Shown here one piece after another: positions 1 through 9,497 of a stretch of 64,000 bases of DNA (the first letter of the stretch is position 1; the number at the start of each line of letters is the position of its first letter). A model generated the notes under the pieces. The model was not told the origin of the DNA. It searched no databases and saw nothing but the letters and a program-made list of their open reading frames with translations. Source of the stretch: Thermodesulfovibrionales bacterium (lineage in GTDB: Bacteria; Nitrospirota; Thermodesulfovibrionia; Thermodesulfovibrionales; SM23-35); NCBI GenBank assembly GCA_049302065.1, contig JBAQLU010000249.1, positions 18,539 through 82,538 on the forward strand, written 5' to 3'. The position numbers were made by a program, and so were the translations under genes.

Positions 1-428
1 GTAAAGAAAGAGAATTCCAGGAGATTCATTCTGCAGAGCCCTGCGGGAAACGATATATAATGCCTGACCCCAAGTATGAGTCTCCCGATAAAGGTACTTA
101 TATGCCCATGCTTCAGAAAAAAAGTCTCCCCTTTCTCAAAATGGTTCTGAGAAACACCGAAATATTTCCCATATTTCAGAATGAACGGTCTGCCGAAAAA
201 GACTGCAATTGCATAGTTGAATAGCGCCCCCAAAACACTGCCCATGGTACCGGACAGGATCACCCCTGCCCAGCTCATCTGGTTCTGTGAGATAAGATAT
301 CCGGCAGGTGGTATCACAAGTTCTGAGGGCAATGGAATGAAAGTGCTTTCTATAAACATCAGAAGCACTATACCGGGATAACCTACAGTGCCAATTGTAT
401 CAATCAACCAGTTTAGAAATGCGTGCAT
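1..428 (-). CDS. DedA/SNARE-associated family inner-membrane protein (3' end runs off the window)
   Basis: Hand translation of the minus strand from the ATG at 428-426 gives MHAFLNWLIDTIGTVGYPGIVLLMFIESTFIPLPSELVIPPAGYL...FFGRPFILKYGKYFG. The (F)xES..PxPxE...PxG motif and hydrophobic pattern are typical of DedA. It is absent from the ORF track because there is no stop inside the window. Confidence 0.75.
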   Translation of the reverse strand, partial: MHAFLNWLIDTIGTVGYPGIVLLMFIESTFIPLPSELVIPPAGYLISQNQMSWAGVILSGTMGSVLGALFNYAIAVFFGRPFILKYGKYFGVSQNHFEKGETFFLKHGHISTFIGRLILGVRHYISFPAGLCRMNLLEFSFF

Positions 429-680
429 TTACCTTCCATAACAAATCTTTTCAGAAATTGTGCCTACAGACATAAATCAAAATAACTTTGTAGTGTACCT
501 TTAAGCAAAGTATTTTGAAAAGTTATTTCGGGTAATTTGATTCCTGTTATTTGCATTTGACACATTATTTTAGCAAATGCTGATATTAATTATATGGCAG
601 TACAAAAAGGAATCTCGACAAAACCAGGCCATTCGAGAAGGAGGTAAAAATTAGCGGTTTTTTTAATTAATTTCTTATGG

Positions 681-3600
681 TTACCACGCCTGATACTGAA
701 ATTCTCTCAACACATCTGCTTGTGGTCCACCTGTCTCCAAATTGAATCTCATGTATCTTCCGGTCATTGGAGTGGCTGGTATTTCTGTCCACTGACCGAC
801 AGCAGGGTGCCAACCAGTCTTGATAGCAGGCCAATCAGTGCCACAAGATGTCAGACCATCACCGATTCTCAATCCCCATTGGCGGTCAATATTTTCCCAC
901 ACACGTATGAACCGAACTTTCTTGCTTGATCCCATATCGAATACTATAATGCCGCCCCCCCATAAATTACCTGTAGCCGTATTCCTATCAATGACATTTG
1001 CAGCTCCGTTCAAATCCGTACATGCAGCGTAAATTATCGGACTCTGCCAGTGAATTACCCAGATATACTTACTATCTGTAGCCGCAACAGTCGAGCCACC
1101 GTCAATCGAAAGCTGTAAGTGGTTCTTGAACGATTGATTAGAAAAATTCTTAAAACTCAACCCTGATATGGAGAGGGTGTCGCCTGCTGAAAAATTCTCG
1201 GTCACATTGATCAACAAAGTCTTATTGTCAGGATAACTTACTATGCTGCTTACCTTTGATGCTGCGCTGCCTCCGAAAGTGGCAGTTGTGTCCGTCGTAT
1301 CCCATGTCATGTTGAAAGAAGCTGGAATCTTGATCCGTATGTCGTTTACTGTTGTAATTGTTCCATTTGTAGGATAATATTTAATGTTTATCGGCTGAAT
1401 TGGCGTTGCAGACTGATCCTTTTCAAAGGTCTGATCAGCAAACGAAGAAATTGTCAGGTTTCTGTTCTCTGAGTTTTTATACCCCTGAAAATCAAATTCT
1501 CTGATAGTCATATTAGCTAAGCCTCCGCCAACCCCGAGAGCGTTAATCCTAATGTATCTGCCGGATACAGTGGGGTTGATTGCAGTCGCATGCCATGCAG
1601 AGTCACCAGGCGATGTCCATGAAAATTTGACTTGTGTCCCCATAGTACCAGTGCAGCCATCCAAATTATCACTCACATAGATATCCCAACCGTACTGAAC
1701 AGTGGTAAACATACGGATGCCAGTTACTGTATATGTGTCTCCAAGGTCAAAAACAACATAGCTACCAGCCACCCCTGTATTCCCAGTAGCTGTATTATTG
1801 TCAACTAAGTATCTTGAATTATTAAGGTTACAACAGTCAGGAGCGCTTACTGCGATTGTCTCATCGCCGCCTCCATTGAGAGGGGCAAAGTCTGCTGTAA
1901 CAATAGAGTCAATAGTTTCAAATATCTTATTCCCGACATGATACCCGGCGCCGGCAGAGCAGTCTATCACCTCTATCTGTCCCGGGCCGTCTGCAGTAGT
2001 GCCGGTAATTGTTACCGTTCCAGAATTGATTTTCGGCGCTATTGTATCAACAATTTTTACAGCTATAAATGTCGGATAATCCGGCTGATTTGCAAGTGTA
2101 AGCGTTGTGTTGGTCAGGTTTACAGTGTCAATTATGCTTTTTGGACTTTCTTCAGCAACATCTACCGGTGAGATCCAGTCCCAGATTTGTATGGACTTTG
2201 CATCAGTAGCTGCCAGGCTCATTCCTCCGTCCACAGAAAGACCAAGGTTGGCTGTATATGATTGCCCTAAAAAGTTCTTGAAACTCAAACCTTCCACAGT
2301 CAGAGTATCACCAGCGGCAAAATTTGATGTAACGTCAATCAGTAGTGTCTTATCGTCAGGATAGCTAACCGTTGAGCTTACCTTTCCTGAGGCTGTCCCG
2401 CCAATTGTAGCCACAGTATCACTCGTATCCCAGGACATATATAATGAGTATGGGATGACGATGCGGATATCGTTAGATGCGGTAATAGTCGGGCTGGTCG
2501 AGCTTTCAGTTATGGTAATCGGTGAAATGGAAGCAGCAGCCTGGCCAACCTCAAAGTCCTGGCCGGCCGCTGAAGACATTTTAACGTAATTATCTAAGGG
2601 TATCCCTAAGAACTCAACCTCCATAATTCCGTTATCAGGTGCATTCCCGGCATCAGCATATTGAATACGCATATATCTGCCGCTTGCCTGAGTTACTGCC
2701 TTTTCATACCACCCAGGGCCGACATATCCTACTTTCCATTTTCCGGTAACATCAATCCCGTCAGATAAACAATCGGAAAGTGTGTTGCCTACTTTGAAAT
2801 ACCAATTGTTATTTGTATTTGCATAAACTCTAATGTGGGTTACAAGATATTCCCTTCCAAGGTCAAGTATTCCATTGATTCCTCGAGCCAAGTTGCCGGT
2901 GGTCAGATCGTTGTCAATCAAGTAATCATAGCACCCCAACTCATTGCTGCAATATCCTCGGACAATAGCTATCGGTGTCATCCAGTGTTTGTCTTCAATA
3001 ATAATTGTTTTATCATCCAATGCGTCAGCCGTTGCGTCGAGGGCGCCATCTACGTACAGCTCTAAATTATCTGCAGCCGCTGACACATAAAAGTTCCTGA
3101 ATTTGAGACCTGATACGGTTATCTCATCCCCTTCGGAAAAGTCAGTGATTACAGTGAGAAGGAGCGTCTTGGTATCAGGATAACTTACCGTAGTACTCAC
3201 CTTAGCTGCAGCACTTCCACTAATTATGGCTGATATATCACTCGTATCCCATTCCATAGGGAATGCAGATGGTATTTTGATACGGATATCGTTGCCACTT
3301 TTAATATCAGCATCATCTGTTATTGCTTTGATCGTTATAGGGCTTATTGCAGTTGACCAGTCACCTATAGCAAAGGTCTGATCAGCAGTTGAAGAAATTA
3401 TCGCCTTTGTACCTATAAGTATTGTTTTGGCATTCTCAGTACAAAGGGTATGGCCGCCGTCTATATACAGCTCAAGGTTATCCTGTCCTGAGACGGCAGA
3501 AAAGTTAGTAAAGCTTAAACCTTCAACAGTAAGTGTATCTCCCGCTGCAAAATCACTGGTTACATCAATAAGCAAGGTCTTATTGTCTGGAAAACTTACT

Positions 3601-6128
3601 GTACTGTTTACCTTTGTTGCTGCGCTGCCTCCGAATGTGGCAGTCATATCCGTTGTATCCCAGGTCATGTTGAAGTTTCCCGGAATTCTTATGCGGATGT
3701 TGTTAGCAGCAGTGATGCTCGCGGTCTGAGGGTTGTCAGTAATTGTTATAGTGCTGATTGTCGTTGGAGGGTCGGCAACAGAAAAGTATTGATCTGCATC
3801 AGAAGAGAATGTCACAGTTCCCTTTGCCACACGGCTGTAAGTGCCGGAACTTGAATGACACGGACCGCAAACAGACTGACTCCAACGGCCGCCATCGCTG
3901 TCAGGAAGCTTTGTGGAGTTCGGGTAGCTGTATGGCGGCACATAGTAAAAACCGAGACTCCGCCCGCTAACCAGATTGCCGTCCCTTGCCATTCTGGGAA
4001 GTGTAGAGCCGTGGACATTGTGACAGGTCGGGCAACTGACAGTGCTGTCAAAGATTGAACCTGTCCAAGGAGGGGGACAGACGAGTGCATTATCATAGTC
4101 AGAATCCCATTTGCCGCAGTTGCCAAAGGGGTTCCATGACCCTCCATCAGTAGACTGGAGATGAGTCCAATGAGAGTTCACCTCCACCCGGTAATTGTTA
4201 CCTGGCTGAGCCCCATCTGAGAGCATCGATCCGTTCACTGTAATCGTAGTTGCGGTGTTGGAAATGATCAGGTAGACATTCCACGGCTTTTCTATATCGG
4301 GAATCAATGCTGAACCAGCAAGACCACCCCATGCTTTGGTAGTATCAGTCAGTATGGTTTCCGACAAGCCTGTTGAGGTACCACTGGTCTTTACAGATCG
4401 CAGATTCGTAGTCAGATTCGTTTGATCGAGGAACAGATCGAGATCATGGCACTGTCCGCACAAGGCAAAATCGGATTTTGGCATGCCAACATCGTTTCGA
4501 GGGATATCCATCGGAGGAGCTCCATTAACACTGTTAAGCCTATATCCTGCCTGATAATTATTTCTGGCCGCTACATAGGTTCTTGAATCATGATCAATGT
4601 GTGCATATGTAGTATTATGACAATCTGTGCATTTTGCATTAGCAGCAGGGCCGCCTGAAGCAGGATATGACCCGGTGGCAAGTCCGTGCCCGGTCTTATA
4701 AAAGCCGTATCCGGTACCATATTGAGTTGCGGCATCTTCGTCTCCGATTACATTTGGAGCAGCAACTCCTGAGCCGTCGGCTTTGCTGTTGGCGGGATTC
4801 TCGTCATGGCATCCGGCGCACCATTTTTCCTTGCCTGAACGAAGAAAGTTTCCACTATAAACTCCAAGGTTCCAGTTATTCTTGGCTCCTATTACTGGAT
4901 CACTTACTCCGTTATATGTCCCATTCGGGCTGTGGCATGTATTACAGACATCGGTTTCTGAGAGATCATATTTCCCATCTCCATTGCTATCAGTTCCTGT
5001 TTTGAAATATGGATAATTATTTGTATCATGACAGCCGCTACAGCCTATATTTGGCCCCTTCAGATCATCGCTGTCGTTCTCGGTATGTGTAGAATGACTC
5101 TTAAATGTACCTTCCCCCTGGTTGAAATTGCCGGTTTCATATTCATATCCGGCATCATGACCGTGACAAGCTTTACAGTTTGGCTTGAAGCCTTCCGTAT
5201 GAGGATGACAGGTTATGCAATTTGTGCCGGCTACTGCAACTCCGTTATGATTTACATGATTCGGGTCTGAACCTCCGCCATCATTCCTGAAGTGTTTTGT
5301 CTGTGTGTGGCACACCTCACATATGCCGTTGTATGTTGTATCCCCGTCTGCAAACGAGTTTGTTCCTGTCTGATCGAAAAACTTTACTGCCTTATATATA
5401 CTCTCAGGAGGTGGAGAAACAGAAGGATCTGCTTTAATGTCTATTGAATTTTTGATGTACTGACCATACATCACTGCAAAGGTGTTTGGAAGACTGAGAT
5501 TTGTACATGCATTACCTTTGACTGTTATTGCACCCGAATCCACTGCTGTGATTGGATAGTCATAGTTAAGATTATCTACATTGGGGAACAATACTGTACG
5601 TCGATAATCTGATGTCTTTTTTGTTAATTTCGTAGCATCCCACCCCGTCTTATACGTTATTGACGAATAGTTTAAAGTACTTGTACCATCGACGCCGTTG
5701 TACACACACGATGTGATTGTGCCCTGGGCAAGATATAGATTGCCTGCATCTGTACTTTTGTAATTCTTCTGTAGTTGGAAATGGGGGTTATGACAAGTAC
5801 GGCATTCTCTTGTCCATTCCCCATATTTATTGCTTATGCTCACACTTGAATGCGTCTTTACCCGAGGTGCAGTCCCGAAGTACGGACCAGATGAAGCAAC
5901 GTGACAGCTTAGACAGAGCATGTTGAAAGGAGTGTCATCTATGGTGTGTGGTGTAAAGATGGGAAACCAATAGAGTACCATAGGCCAGTCCGGTCCAATA
6001 TGACACTCTTGACAGGATACGTTATTGCTTTCATTGTGTGGAGTATCAATGGCAACACCGAACTGCGAACTGATTGCAACAATAAATCCTACGATGAATA
6101 CAATGATTACATGTGCCTTTATCCTCAT
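681..6128 (-). CDS. Giant multiheme c-type cytochrome (13 CXXCH) with a C-terminal tail of four ~140-aa repeats, one extra Ig-like module and three discoidin/F5-8-type-C-like jelly-roll modules
   Basis: Track ORF 681..6146 (1821 aa). I prefer the ATG at 6128 (MRIKAHVIIVFIVGF...), which has AGGAG about 9 nt upstream and lies 20 nt after the upstream stop. I counted 13 CXXCH in the first ~780 aa. The repeats share NDIRIKIPxxFxMxWDTxD...SYPDxKTLLIxVTxxFxAGDTLxVxGLSFxNF. The jelly-roll modules share YLxDNxxxTGN...GRYMRI/GRYIRI. Confidence 0.9.
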   Translation of the reverse strand: MRIKAHVIIVFIVGFIVAISSQFGVAIDTPHNESNNVSCQECHIGPDWPMVLYWFPIFTPHTIDDTPFNMLCLSCHVASSGPYFGTAPRVKTHSSVSISNKYGEWTRECRTCHNPHFQLQKNYKSTDAGNLYLAQGTITSCVYNGVDGTSTLNYSSITYKTGWDATKLTKKTSDYRRTVLFPNVDNLNYDYPITAVDSGAITVKGNACTNLSLPNTFAVMYGQYIKNSIDIKADPSVSPPPESIYKAVKFFDQTGTNSFADGDTTYNGICEVCHTQTKHFRNDGGGSDPNHVNHNGVAVAGTNCITCHPHTEGFKPNCKACHGHDAGYEYETGNFNQGEGTFKSHSTHTENDSDDLKGPNIGCSGCHDTNNYPYFKTGTDSNGDGKYDLSETDVCNTCHSPNGTYNGVSDPVIGAKNNWNLGVYSGNFLRSGKEKWCAGCHDENPANSKADGSGVAAPNVIGDEDAATQYGTGYGFYKTGHGLATGSYPASGGPAANAKCTDCHNTTYAHIDHDSRTYVAARNNYQAGYRLNSVNGAPPMDIPRNDVGMPKSDFALCGQCHDLDLFLDQTNLTTNLRSVKTSGTSTGLSETILTDTTKAWGGLAGSALIPDIEKPWNVYLIISNTATTITVNGSMLSDGAQPGNNYRVEVNSHWTHLQSTDGGSWNPFGNCGKWDSDYDNALVCPPPWTGSIFDSTVSCPTCHNVHGSTLPRMARDGNLVSGRSLGFYYVPPYSYPNSTKLPDSDGGRWSQSVCGPCHSSSGTYSRVAKGTVTFSSDADQYFSVADPPTTISTITITDNPQTASITAANNIRIRIPGNFNMTWDTTDMTATFGGSAATKVNSTVSFPDNKTLLIDVTSDFAAGDTLTVEGLSFTNFSAVSGQDNLELYIDGGHTLCTENAKTILIGTKAIISSTADQTFAIGDWSTAISPITIKAITDDADIKSGNDIRIKIPSAFPMEWDTSDISAIISGSAAAKVSTTVSYPDTKTLLLTVITDFSEGDEITVSGLKFRNFYVSAAADNLELYVDGALDATADALDDKTIIIEDKHWMTPIAIVRGYCSNELGCYDYLIDNDLTTGNLARGINGILDLGREYLVTHIRVYANTNNNWYFKVGNTLSDCLSDGIDVTGKWKVGYVGPGWYEKAVTQASGRYMRIQYADAGNAPDNGIMEVEFLGIPLDNYVKMSSAAGQDFEVGQAAASISPITITESSTSPTITASNDIRIVIPYSLYMSWDTSDTVATIGGTASGKVSSTVSYPDDKTLLIDVTSNFAAGDTLTVEGLSFKNFLGQSYTANLGLSVDGGMSLAATDAKSIQIWDWISPVDVAEESPKSIIDTVNLTNTTLTLANQPDYPTFIAVKIVDTIAPKINSGTVTITGTTADGPGQIEVIDCSAGAGYHVGNKIFETIDSIVTADFAPLNGGGDETIAVSAPDCCNLNNSRYLVDNNTATGNTGVAGSYVVFDLGDTYTVTGIRMFTTVQYGWDIYVSDNLDGCTGTMGTQVKFSWTSPGDSAWHATAINPTVSGRYIRINALGVGGGLANMTIREFDFQGYKNSENRNLTISSFADQTFEKDQSATPIQPINIKYYPTNGTITTVNDIRIKIPASFNMTWDTTDTTATFGGSAASKVSSIVSYPDNKTLLINVTENFSAGDTLSISGLSFKNFSNQSFKNHLQLSIDGGSTVAATDSKYIWVIHWQSPIIYAACTDLNGAANVIDRNTATGNLWGGGIIVFDMGSSKKVRFIRVWENIDRQWGLRIGDGLTSCGTDWPAIKTGWHPAVGQWTEIPATPMTGRYMRFNLETGGPQADVLREFQYQAW

Positions 6129-6148
6129 ATACCTGACTCCTGACATCG

Positions 6149-8893
6149 TTAATACCCTAATTCACCTGCCGATACAGCTATACCATACTGTACATTGTTA
6201 AAGGCAGTAAAGGTATTCATAAGGGTACCGTCTGCCTTATAAATTCTTACTATGGCCTGGTTCTTTGCATATGAGACAATTCCTGCTACGATCTCTGCTA
6301 TACCATCGCTGTTAAGGTCTGCTGATGCAATATTAAGACTATAACCTGCTGGAAGATCTTTTATCAGAAGACCAAACTCGGTCCCGTTTCCATAGAATGC
6401 CTTAATGATGTTTGTACCATTTCTTGTGTATGCACTGCTTACGATTATTTCGCTTATACCATCACCATTGAGGTCACCCGTTGTTACGTTAGCACTATAT
6501 AAACCGGGAAACAGAAAACGAATACCTGTATCGATGATTGACCATGAAGGCCCTGTTGTATTTATCTTCCATACCCTTATCTCCGGACTTGCAAAAGAGC
6601 CTGCACCAGATATAGTAATAAGCTCCGGTATACCGTCTCCATCTATATCGGCAGTTGCTACATTGACACCACCTTTTGACTTAGAGGCAATAAAGTCAAT
6701 GCCTGTATCTTTAATAACACCGCTGTCGTACTTGAATATCCTGACCTGTGCCGGGTTTTTAGGACCTGGACCAGCGCTTACCACTATCTCTGCTTTTCCA
6801 TCTCCGTCAAAATCAGCTGCAGCCACCTTTGCTCCGTACATTGTGTTCATGGCTATAAAATTACTCCCGGGTATTACTGTGCCGTCTGCCCTGTATACTA
6901 CAACTGCTGCAGGATTCTTCGATGATGCTCCAAGAGCAGCAACAATATCTGCTTTACCATCACCATCAATGTCTCCTACTGCAGTGTTTACAGCGTAATC
7001 AAAGTTGTATCTGCTCCCTGCTAAGGGTATAAGTGAGCCCAATAAAGCGCCACTCTTATTGAATATCCCTATCGTTTGGGGAGTCATTCGATTAGCGCCC
7101 CTGCTTACTACTATCTCTGCAGACATTGCAAGGCTGGTGTAATTTCCGGTAAAACTGATTGTTTTCTCCTGACTGCTGAGAACCTTTGTCTCAGCCTGAG
7201 GAGTTTTATACTTCCCTACAGGATTGTAAGTTATGGTGTATTCCCCATCAGGAACCTCGGTTGCTGTCCAGGTTTCACCACTCCCTTCATATCTACGAGG
7301 ACCTGTTATCGCAAAGGATGCCTCTGGAATACTACAGCTTACCTGAATAGTCCCACTGTATTTAACAGTTAGATTAACTTCTATATTTACTGGTGAACCG
7401 TCTGCCTTCGGCGCATCTATTGTGATATTGCCTTTATAGACTCCGGCCTCAAGGCCTGCCGGATTAATCCTCACCACTGCATATGTGGTTGTGTTGCCTG
7501 ACCCGGTTGTGGGTATAATGCTTAACCATGGAGAATCACTCGTAGCTGTCCATGTTGCCGTGCCATTTGATATTTCGACTGTTACTGTCTGTGAAGAAGG
7601 TTCAGGATCACCTATACTGTATGTGTAATTCAGTATTTGTGGTGTGACGGAAAGAAGAGGTGGCTCAGGCGGCGCTGTTATCTCAAGGGTTACTGTTACA
7701 ACTTCACTTATTCCCGAATTGTCAGTTATTGTTATCTCTCCGCTGTATGTCCCGGCGCTGAGCCCCGATATATTGACCCCGACAGGAAGAATCCCTGAGC
7801 CTCCAGCCCCGACTGTCCCGGATGGCCCATTGATCACTATCCAGCTTTCAGTACTTGTTACTTTATATGTCAATGTGCCTGTGCCTGAATTGCTTATGGT
7901 TATATCCTGAGGAGAAGGATTGGACTCGCCCTGCTGTGCTTCATATGATAGAGAAGAAGGTAATACATCCATGCTTATATATCCTTCAAGCCCAAATACA
8001 TATACGCTCGCTGTATTCATTGAGGCTGCAAATAGCCTCCTGTCTTGCCCTAATGCTATACCCATCGTTGTGAGCATCGGATTTGTTGGCGTCTGGATCG
8101 TCCCAAGAGAACTGCCGTCTTTATCAAAACATATCACTGCATTAAGAAATGAGTCGGTGATGTAAAGAATGCCTCCGCTATCTGATGTTATCCCCCGTGG
8201 CCGTATCATTTGCCCTGGGCCCGTGCCATAAAAACTAAATGTCCTCTGGAGAAGGCCATTCATGTCAAAAACACTGACCTGTACACCCCGTATTTTCTGC
8301 CCCCATTGGTTCGTGATCAATGGTTGGTCTAATACATATATTTCATTATTTATGAGCGTTACATCCTGAATGAGGTTCGGATAATCGTTTATCTTTAAAG
8401 GTATATTTTGATTTGTTAGTATAGGTTCGCCGTTTGACGTGTAAACCTTTATGGAATAATCAATCTGGTCAACAACATATACATTTCCCGTTGCCTTATC
8501 AACAGTTACGTTCCTTGGCAACTGGAATTCTCCGGCCCCTTTGCCCAGTGAGCCAATAATAGTATGAGATGAATTTAATATCTTTACAGAGAGGTCGTCA
8601 TTAGTGCTTATATAAATAGTGCCGTTATTATTTACAGCTACTGATGTGGGTTTCTGTATCGGGATACTGCCTGCTGACTGGCCTTTTCTGTCGTATATAA
8701 AAACTTTATTTTGATAACCATCTACGACATAAATCTTCCCATCTGAAGATACAGCCACATCCTCAGGGGCCTTCAGTCCATTCTTGATCGGATCTAATAC
8801 GTCATAGGTTATCTCAGAGTATCCGATACCAGGAATCAATAGGAAGATTACTATAGTAATAAGGTACAACAGCTTTATCCTGTTAACCATCAT
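6149..8893 (-). CDS. Secreted NHL-repeat beta-propeller / Ig-like (BACON-like) / PEGA-like / FG-GAP (VCBS) repeat protein
   Basis: 914-aa ORF with an N-terminal signal/anchor (LLYLITIVIFLLIPGIG). NHL-like blades are YVVDGYQNKVFIYDRKG, YVVDQIDYSIKVYTSNG and LYITDSFLNAVICFDKDG. C-terminal repeats are GDIDGDGKADIV, ADFDGDGKAEIVV, ADIDGDGIPELIT, GDLNGDGISEIIV and ADLNSDGIAEIVA. Confidence 0.85.
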   Translation of the reverse strand: MMVNRIKLLYLITIVIFLLIPGIGYSEITYDVLDPIKNGLKAPEDVAVSSDGKIYVVDGYQNKVFIYDRKGQSAGSIPIQKPTSVAVNNNGTIYISTNDDLSVKILNSSHTIIGSLGKGAGEFQLPRNVTVDKATGNVYVVDQIDYSIKVYTSNGEPILTNQNIPLKINDYPNLIQDVTLINNEIYVLDQPLITNQWGQKIRGVQVSVFDMNGLLQRTFSFYGTGPGQMIRPRGITSDSGGILYITDSFLNAVICFDKDGSSLGTIQTPTNPMLTTMGIALGQDRRLFAASMNTASVYVFGLEGYISMDVLPSSLSYEAQQGESNPSPQDITISNSGTGTLTYKVTSTESWIVINGPSGTVGAGGSGILPVGVNISGLSAGTYSGEITITDNSGISEVVTVTLEITAPPEPPLLSVTPQILNYTYSIGDPEPSSQTVTVEISNGTATWTATSDSPWLSIIPTTGSGNTTTYAVVRINPAGLEAGVYKGNITIDAPKADGSPVNIEVNLTVKYSGTIQVSCSIPEASFAITGPRRYEGSGETWTATEVPDGEYTITYNPVGKYKTPQAETKVLSSQEKTISFTGNYTSLAMSAEIVVSRGANRMTPQTIGIFNKSGALLGSLIPLAGSRYNFDYAVNTAVGDIDGDGKADIVAALGASSKNPAAVVVYRADGTVIPGSNFIAMNTMYGAKVAAADFDGDGKAEIVVSAGPGPKNPAQVRIFKYDSGVIKDTGIDFIASKSKGGVNVATADIDGDGIPELITISGAGSFASPEIRVWKINTTGPSWSIIDTGIRFLFPGLYSANVTTGDLNGDGISEIIVSSAYTRNGTNIIKAFYGNGTEFGLLIKDLPAGYSLNIASADLNSDGIAEIVAGIVSYAKNQAIVRIYKADGTLMNTFTAFNNVQYGIAVSAGELGY

Positions 8894-9106
8894 CGTTAAT
8901 GCTTTCCTTGTCCGATAATTAATACTGCAATAGCTGATTATTTCTATTATAAATTACGCAATTATCATGCCATAAATCGCTTGAGAAAATAGTAATAAAA
9001 TCAATTTTTTAAACACAATTTTCCGCAAAGCTCTTGCATTTAAAAATTAATGACTGACATTTTTTGGCATTTTTTATGGCAATTTGAGAATTTCAACAAC
9101 CATCCC

Positions 9107-9385
9107 CTATTTTTTTAATGGACTAATACTTTCTATACCTTTTTGGCCCGGAAGGTTTCCTTTGAGTAACTCTTGATGGCAGTCGGTACACTGAGTGACA
9201 TTCCCACCTGCTCTTTCTATCATAAATTGATGTTTTTGAGGGTTCTTAAGTTTCATTTTTTCGATATGGGCATTCATTTTCTGTTTAAATTCTTCCTGGC
9301 TTTTCATTGGTCCGGCGTGCACATTAGCCACCGCACTCAAAACCATGATTAAACAAGCAATTATAATATATAAACCTTTTGTCAT
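9107..9385 (-). CDS. Small secreted monoheme c-type cytochrome
   Basis: 92-aa ORF with a signal peptide (IIIACLIMVLSAVANVHA) and a single CTDCH motif. Confidence 0.65.
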   Translation of the reverse strand: MTKGLYIIIACLIMVLSAVANVHAGPMKSQEEFKQKMNAHIEKMKLKNPQKHQFMIERAGGNVTQCTDCHQELLKGNLPGQKGIESISPLKK

Positions 9386-9497
9386 ATTTACTGTACTCCT
9401 TTTAATTTTGTTATTTTGTCACAAAAATTTTTTAAATACTATTATTAATCATTTACCTGTTCAGCCAAAACACCTTCTTTTTTAAGCGAAAATAAAT

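Noticed and set aside
3812-4147. 111-aa minus-strand ORF nested in the giant cytochrome gene in another frame.
   Set aside because: It lies entirely within the well-supported 1821-aa reading frame, in a region with CXXCH motifs in the main frame. There is no independent support.
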